DNA from: Amoebidium appalachense
Taxonomy: Eukaryota; Protista; Ichthyosporea
Reading direction: 5' to 3'
Assembly: GCA_963693365.1 (NCBI GenBank)
Contig: CAVNZM010000004.1
Location: forward strand, 12,118,468 to 12,182,467
DNA length: 64,000 nt
Part shown: positions 57,230-64,000 of the stretch, in pieces
Position numbering within the stretch: the first letter of the stretch is position 1
Layout: each line of letters starts with the position of its first letter
Position numbers and translations under genes: made by a program
Notes under the pieces: model-generated
What the model saw: only the letters and a program-made list of their open reading frames with translations
Told to the model about the DNA's origin: nothing
Database searches by the model: none

Positions 57230-58236
57230 GACACACCAATGAACATAAATAGCCAAAAAACGCAAGGAATGAAAATAAACATGCCAAAAAACCTTAACAC
57301 CCGGGAGGAGTCCCCTAGCACGCACAGACCGAATGTTCCTTCAAGTTCTTTTTTTTTTTTTTTGAGTTTTATTATGCATCCTTGCACAGCGCTGTGCCAC
57401 CATAAAAAGCTTATTCCCCCCGACCCCCCTCCCCCCCCCCCCCCCCCCCCCCCCCCCTTCCCCCCCTCTCCCCTCCCCTCCTAGACCTCCTCCTCCGCCC
57501 CTCCCCATGGTTCTGGTTAATTCGCACCTTTTTCTTCACGATGACCAGGCATTGTGCACACCGGTACGGTATACCAGTGGCCCCTACACCTTGACATCGA
57601 CATGTTATAGCCAGAATTACCGTAGTGGGGAACATGCCGCTTGATATTTCTACGTGCTTGTGTGGACGGTATCAAGGGTGACATATGCGTCTTCAACACT
57701 TTTTGGCCGGCCGTCAGGCACGCCTTTTTTCAGAGGGCCGTGCGTCCGGTCAGAGCGGCATGCTCTGCATGCTGCGTGCTGGTCCGCTCTGCTGGCCGGC
57801 CGCAAGCGGCATGAAGGGGCCACGATTGATTGGCGCGCTGTGTTTTATCAATGGATTGGTCTTTGCTATGGCGACATAGATCTACATAGCCACCGAGTCT
57901 TCTCCGATGAGTTTCTGTTTACTCTAATAAACCTCGGGGACATGATTTCGGCGGGGCGGGAGGCACGCACGGCACACGTGGCACACGTGGCACACACAGC
58001 AGGCACGGCACGGCGAGACTGGCATGCCCCTCACAGTGTCTGGATCTAGTGGAATCTTGCTATCACATGTGTGTGTGTGTGTGTGTGCGTGTGCACGTGA
58101 CTGAGAGACACTGCGCCCGGGGAGTGGTTCCTGCGGGCTGGCGAGGCACACACGGCACGGCAGACACACGTGGTGCACGTGCTGGCGGGGATGGGGGGGG
58201 CGGGCAGGGTGTCTGGATCGAGTGGAGTCTTGCTAT

Positions 58237-58281
<45 letters not shown>

Positions 58282-58322
58282 CTTTGTGTGTGTGTGTGTG
58301 TGTGTGTACGTACCGGTGTGAC

Positions 58323-58444
<122 letters not shown>

Positions 58445-58483
58445 TGTTTGTGTGTGTGTGTGTGTGTGTGTATGTGTGTGTAT

Positions 58484-58536
<53 letters not shown>

Positions 58537-59197
58537 AAGTTTCGCGCCAAAACGTCGTTCCTCCCAGATCAATAAATTACATCAAGATAGATAACGCAGA
58601 TATGGATAGCACGGGGTAAACCGCGGTGCTCTGACAGTGCTCTGTCATTTCTAGTGGATAGTCTTGATCCCAACTGATTGCCTTTATCGCATACCTTTGC
58701 CTGGAACGGGCTGCAATGATTACAATTCAAAGTTTTTTCCGAGCACTCATGCATGCAGTCAGTCAGAGGAACATCAGCATCGCTCCCACTAAGGTACATA
58801 CAGTGATCTGATTATAGTTGTTTCAATAAAAAAATTCTGGCTACTATAACTGCTTAAAAGTATTTGAGGTTCAGAAGTTTTATCATGCCGTTTGGCATCA
58901 ATAAGCAAAGGGAAGCACTTCTTACAAGGTAGCATGTTGCCATTAGGTGGGCATTCCTACCGCCCAGCCTGAATTAGGTGTTTAATTGTGACATCTGCAG
59001 GTGTATAACGCGAAAACAAAGTTTCCCCAGGTCAATCATCAGCAAGGCCCACTGGTTCAACATTTCCACACTCAAATTAACGGTGCCGCACAAGATTTTC
59101 CTTGACCTCAACCATTTCGGGTATTCCCTTTTCCCTCATCTGCTCTCCCAACCATAACGCCCCATTTCTGCGTGCAGGTTCTTTAGTCCGGGCCAAC

Positions 59198-59468
59198 ATG
59201 CCTCCCAAGAAGAAGACTGGGCCCAAGCGTAGCACCAAGGGCAGTAAGGCCAAGGTGGTGGTGAAGAAGAAGAGCAGCTCAAAGCTAAGGAAGCCAAGTG
59301 AGTGACCTGACACACCCGTGTTGTGAGTTACTTAGTTGTTTATAAAGATGGCTGCTCTAAACCGAAAAAAAGGTAGATACATGCAGGTTTACAAAGCCGA
59401 ACGACGTGTGTGAGAGGGCTGGGAGTGTGTCCTTTTTTTGTGTGTGTGTGTGAGGGGGAGAAGGGGGG

Positions 59469-59501
<33 letters not shown>

Positions 59502-60254
59502 TGGTTTGTGTGTGCCCGTTTGTCTCGGTGGGTAGGCAGGTATGGGTGCTCCCACCTGTAAGTATGCATGCCTTTGCTTGTTGGTGTGTCCCTGCGTTCG
59601 TTCGAGTATGTCCGTGTTCGATAAAGGTGGTGTCTGTGTGACTGCACACCAACACATCATGTGGTGCTGCCTTTTCCTTTACGTTCTCTGCCTCTGGAGC
59701 TGTCGTTCTTGTGCCTGTGTGTGTTTTGTGTTTGTGTGTGCTGGTGCTTGGGTGTGTGCATCAGAGCCCCTGTATATGTACTAACGTCATTTTGCTTTAT
59801 ACTTGAAGTTAAATGGTAGGGGCTTACTTGTGCCACAGGAGGGTGCGCAATGGCAAGGATTCGGTAAACGCGGCAGAGCAAAGTAGCATGTGAAAAATGG
59901 GACCGGGCTGGACTTGCACAGTAATCTTCTTTTGGTTGCGTTCTTACTTGCCATCTAGTCCTTCTGCACTTGTCTTGTTTGCTAACCTTCAGTCGGTGTT
60001 TGTAGGAGTCAAGTACACCCCTGTAGTCGGGGACTTGATCTGGGCCAAAATCGGCAATTATCCATGGTGGCCAGCAAAGGTGGGTCGCTGATGGGGGGTT
60101 GCTTATTGCTTATCCCTTGAGGTTGGGGTGAGGGCATGGCATAAGAAGTGGAGAAAGGACAGTAATTCACTGCTAGTGGAATCCCAGTGTCATTCTTGCC
60201 TGTTTTTATTTCAGGTTATCTATTTTGGTGGGCAGGAGAGGGAGGGAAAGAGGG

Positions 60255-60306
<52 letters not shown>

Positions 60307-60544
60307 CTGGGGCTGGGGCATTGCTAATAGGAATAGCAGGGAAAAAGGTCGGGGCAGGGGGGGGGGGGGGGGGGGGGGGGCGAGGGGGGAAGGGGGGAGA
60401 GGAGACAACGCACAATCTCGTGTATAACCTTGTGACATGCCTAATTGGCGGAGAGCTATAGTCAAGGCTGGCACCCCGTGCTACTTTCCTAATGCAGCCT
60501 GTGGCGTAGCATATGAACGAAGCTGGCTGCTCGGTTATCTTAGC

Positions 60545-60585
<41 letters not shown>

Positions 60586-62344
60586 AAGAGAGGACAGAGA
60601 GGGTGAAGTGTTTTTGTGCGTGATGATATGTTCTTCTGGGGGGAGGGGGGGGGGGGTGGGGAGGAGGGGGAGGAGAGGGGGGATGAATGTATGGGATGCA
60701 AGTGGCTAGCTGTTTTAACGATTCAACCCCTCCTCCCCCCTCCTTCCATTGGTTGCTTCTAGCCCATTTTAAACATCCACTCCAATTCCATTTATCACAC
60801 GCACCCGTCACCCTCCCCCCCCCCCCCCCCTCGTGCGTCCCACACCCCTACATGGAATCCTATTCCTCTTTCTCCTCCTTTCTCCTCCTTATTCCTGTGC
60901 CGCATTTTGCAGATCGAAAAGCTTGAGGAGAAGACACGCAAGGCCGATGTTTTCTTCTTGGGCTCTGAGGACAGGTACGCTTCAATCACATTCAATGGTT
61001 TTGTGTTCTGTTTGTGTGTGTGTGTGCATTGTCCCATCCCCCCTCCCCCCCCCCCCTTCCCCCACTCCCCCTCATCCTCCCCTTTTGCATTCCGGCACCT
61101 TTTTTTTTCTTCCAGGTACCAGGGGAGTTTAATCTGCCGTTCCTGGTAATAAAAAAAAAAAGAAAAGAAAAAGAGAGAGAGAGAGGGGGGGGGGGGGGGG
61201 GGGGCTTGGAGAGAGGTAAGTGAGGGGTGGCAGTGAGGAGGGGAGGGTGGGGGTGGAGGGGGGGGGGGGGGGGGGGGAGGGGAGGTAGTTTCAGGCTTCT
61301 GATGCGAGGCAGTGGGGATTGCCGCATCAATGTTCTGGTAAAGGAGGTTGGGGGGGGGAGGGGGGGGAGGGGGGGGGGGGGGGGGGGGGGGGAGAGTACG
61401 CTGCTAAGTGCTATGTGGCTAAACATAGAGATCGTTGTGTCGAATGGACAAGCAGTGCATGGATCTGACCGGTTACACATGCAGAGCAACCGTCAAGTAC
61501 TCATGCCTGCACCCATACAAACGCTTCCGGGTGAGTGTCTTAGTCGATTTATGGGGTGGGGATCTCGCTGGTTGGTTAGAAATGTGCAGGGGGTGGCCTT
61601 GTGTGGATAGCAACCACAACCACACGAGTTAGACAGTACTGGGACAATGTGCTCACAGTCAACACCAACCAGATTGTTTCTTCACATCTTCAGATAGATG
61701 TAACTGGCCTGCTTAGAAAAACTTGGTAATGTACCGGAGTAGCTTCTTTTAACTCCCTCCATCTCTATCTTCTTTCTCTCTCTTCTCTTTCTCTCGCTCT
61801 CTTTCTCTCTCTCTCTCTCCCCTGTCCTCCCCCTCCCCCCCCCCCTCCCCTTATGGATCTCTCTCTCTCTCTCTCTCCCTCATCCCTTTCGCTTTCTCTG
61901 TCCCCCTGATCGTCCCCCCCCCCCCCCTCCCTCCCCCTCCTCCTCCCTCCCCCCCCCCCCCCCCCTCGTGCCACTACGACCACAATCGCCACCACCCACC
62001 ACCATTCACCCAACCAACCGCCCAACACACAAAATCTGTATATACCCACATGCCCACATTCCTGGTTCCTTTTCTGTTACACGGCTGTAATCGTATAACT
62101 CAATGTATGCCTGGCTGCAATACCCCCCTCCGGATCCCCCCCTCGGCCCTGTGACGTAAAGACACTGGTGTCACGGTGTACATTTTAGGTAACGTGATGG
62201 GGGTTGCCGTTACTAAATTTGCTTGGTGTGCAGGAGGAATATGGGGCCAAGAAGGTGAGGGGTGCCTTCCAGAAGGGCATAGAAGAGGCCGATAAGATTG
62301 CCGTCGATATGCCGGGTACGTGTATGACTGGTTTTGCCCCGCTC

Positions 62345-62375
<31 letters not shown>

Positions 62376-62543
62376 AAAAAAGAAAGAAAGAAAGAAAGAA
62401 AAATACCGTCCCCATGCTCCGTGTTCCATCGCATGGCGTCACAACCCACACAATGTTGGTGAAAGGAAATTTTCCTGTGGTTTTGTGTGTTTTGCTTGCC
62501 TGGGTGTGCGTGCATTGCTCATTGAAAGATTGAGCTTCCCCGG

Positions 62544-62588
<45 letters not shown>

Positions 62589-63627
62589 ACATCCATAGAT
62601 TCTCGGAATGCCCTGGGGTCCAAGCAATACCCATTTTTCACACGCACGTTGACTGGTTGGTGTCCCCATAGATCCCGAGCCTGAGCCAGCGAAGAAATCT
62701 GCCAAAAAGGCGAGCGAGAAGAAGAAACCGGCTAAGAAAACAAGCACCAAAAAGCCACCAAAGAAGAAGGCAAAGACGGAAGAGAGTGAAAGCGAGCAGG
62801 AATCTAGCGAGGAAGAGGAAGAGGAGGAGGAGGAAGCAGAGGAGAGTGAGACGGAATCAGACAATGGGAAGAAGAAAAAAGAGAAGAAAAAGGGTGGGAA
62901 GGCGCTATCGAAAGAGTTTATTAGTGACTCGGAATCTGACGGGGAGGAAGAGGAAAAGACAAAGAAACGAAAGAGGATGGCGGGGTCTTCGGATGAGGAA
63001 AGCGAGAGTGAAGAAGAGGAGAAAAAGCCAAAGAAGGGAAAGAAGAAGCAAGAGAGCGAGTCGGAGCAGGAAGAGAGTGAGGAGGAAAAGAAACCAAAGA
63101 GGGGGAGGAAGAAAGCAAAGAGTGATTCGGAAGAGGAGGAGAAAGAGTCAGAGAGCGAATCAGAGAAGAAGGAGGAAAAGAAAGAGGAAGATTCAGATGA
63201 TGAGGTGATTGTAAGAAAAAGACCGGCCAAGGCTGTGAGTGACTCGGAAGAGGAGAAGGAAAAGAAGGCTGCAAAGAAGGCAAAGAGTAGTGAAACAAAA
63301 GAGGATGAAAAGGAGGAGGTAAAAGAAAGGCCCGATGATGATAAGAAAGAGGAGGAAAGCAAAGAGGATGATAAAAAGGGGGAACGGGAAAACAAGGAAG
63401 AAGGTGTGGCGGCTGCTGAAGAGCCAAAAAAAGACGAGACACAACCACAAGAAAAGCCGCTAGAAGAGGGCAAGGAAGAGAAGGAGGGAGAGGGAGAGAA
63501 GGAGGAAGAAAAGAAAGAGGAAACGGATGCTGCTGCTGCTGCACTTGAGAAAAACGAGGGTGCGGCCAGTGAAGAAAAGAAGGATGACGGTGCAGAGCCA
63601 ACCCCTATGGATACCGCAGATGCATAG
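59198..63627 (+). CDS. PWWP-domain chromatin protein with long Lys/Glu/Ser-rich tail (HDGF/LEDGF-like architecture)
   Basis: Phase-consistent exons 59198-59297, 60006-60079, 60913-60974, 61485-61530, 62234-62315, 62672-63627. Motifs GDLIWAKIGNYPWWPAKI, VFFLGS, LHPY, FQKGIEEA; basic NLS-like N-terminus MPPKKK. Confidence 0.92.
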
Positions 63628-64000
63628 ACATAGTGAGTTCCCTCCCCGCCTCCCCCCCCCCCCCCCCCCACCCACCCACACACACACACACAAACACACC
63701 ACCACCACCACCACCACCACCACACATGTGCACGCGCACACACACAAATACATACATACATGCACACACAGAGCACACACAATTACACACACGCGTGCGC
63801 GCGCGCGCACAAACACACAAACACATGCACACATGCACACACACATATGCACACATGCTCACACGCACACCCCATCCATCACACAACACACACCCGGCCC
63901 ATCGCTCTCTCTCTTTCTTCAACCGAAGCCTAAATTGGAGTTTGGAATAGGAAAAATTGGAGTCAAATGTTCGGGAACGGCATGGGAGCTCGGCCGCCAA

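Noticed and set aside
62439-63782. 447-aa Ser/Phe-rich minus-strand ORF
   Set aside because: It is the antisense mirror of the Glu/Lys-rich PWWP tail exon.

Overview
Eukaryotic genomic DNA, intron-rich, with GT-AG introns packed with poly-G/C, poly-A/T and (CA)n/(TG)n tracts. The gene content suggests a unicellular opisthokont/holozoan-like organism, but this is inference only. Six spliced genes can be reconstructed by hand. (1) A very large minus-strand gene (14199 to <204, running off the window) encodes one polypeptide: RIG-I-CTD-like zinc domain, RIG-I/Dicer-type DEAH helicase, eukaryotic RdRP (DLDGD) and a Cid1/TUTase-type nucleotidyltransferase. Its 4.2-kb main exon is missing from the ORF track, probably because that frame stays open to the window edge. 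(2) A 16-finger C2H2 protein. (3) A ~25-kb RUN+PH (PLEKHM2/SKIP-like) gene. (4) UBE2J2/Ubc6. (5) An acyl-protein thioesterase with a possible N-terminal membrane anchor. (6) A PWWP protein with a charged tail. The top finding is the putative all-in-one RNA sensing/amplification/tailing enzyme. Also notable are strong enrichment of CCAATC/GATTGG inside coding exons, (CA)n tracts running directly into 3' splice sites, a 266-bp fold-back element and a 53-bp minisatellite. All translations and counts were done by eye.
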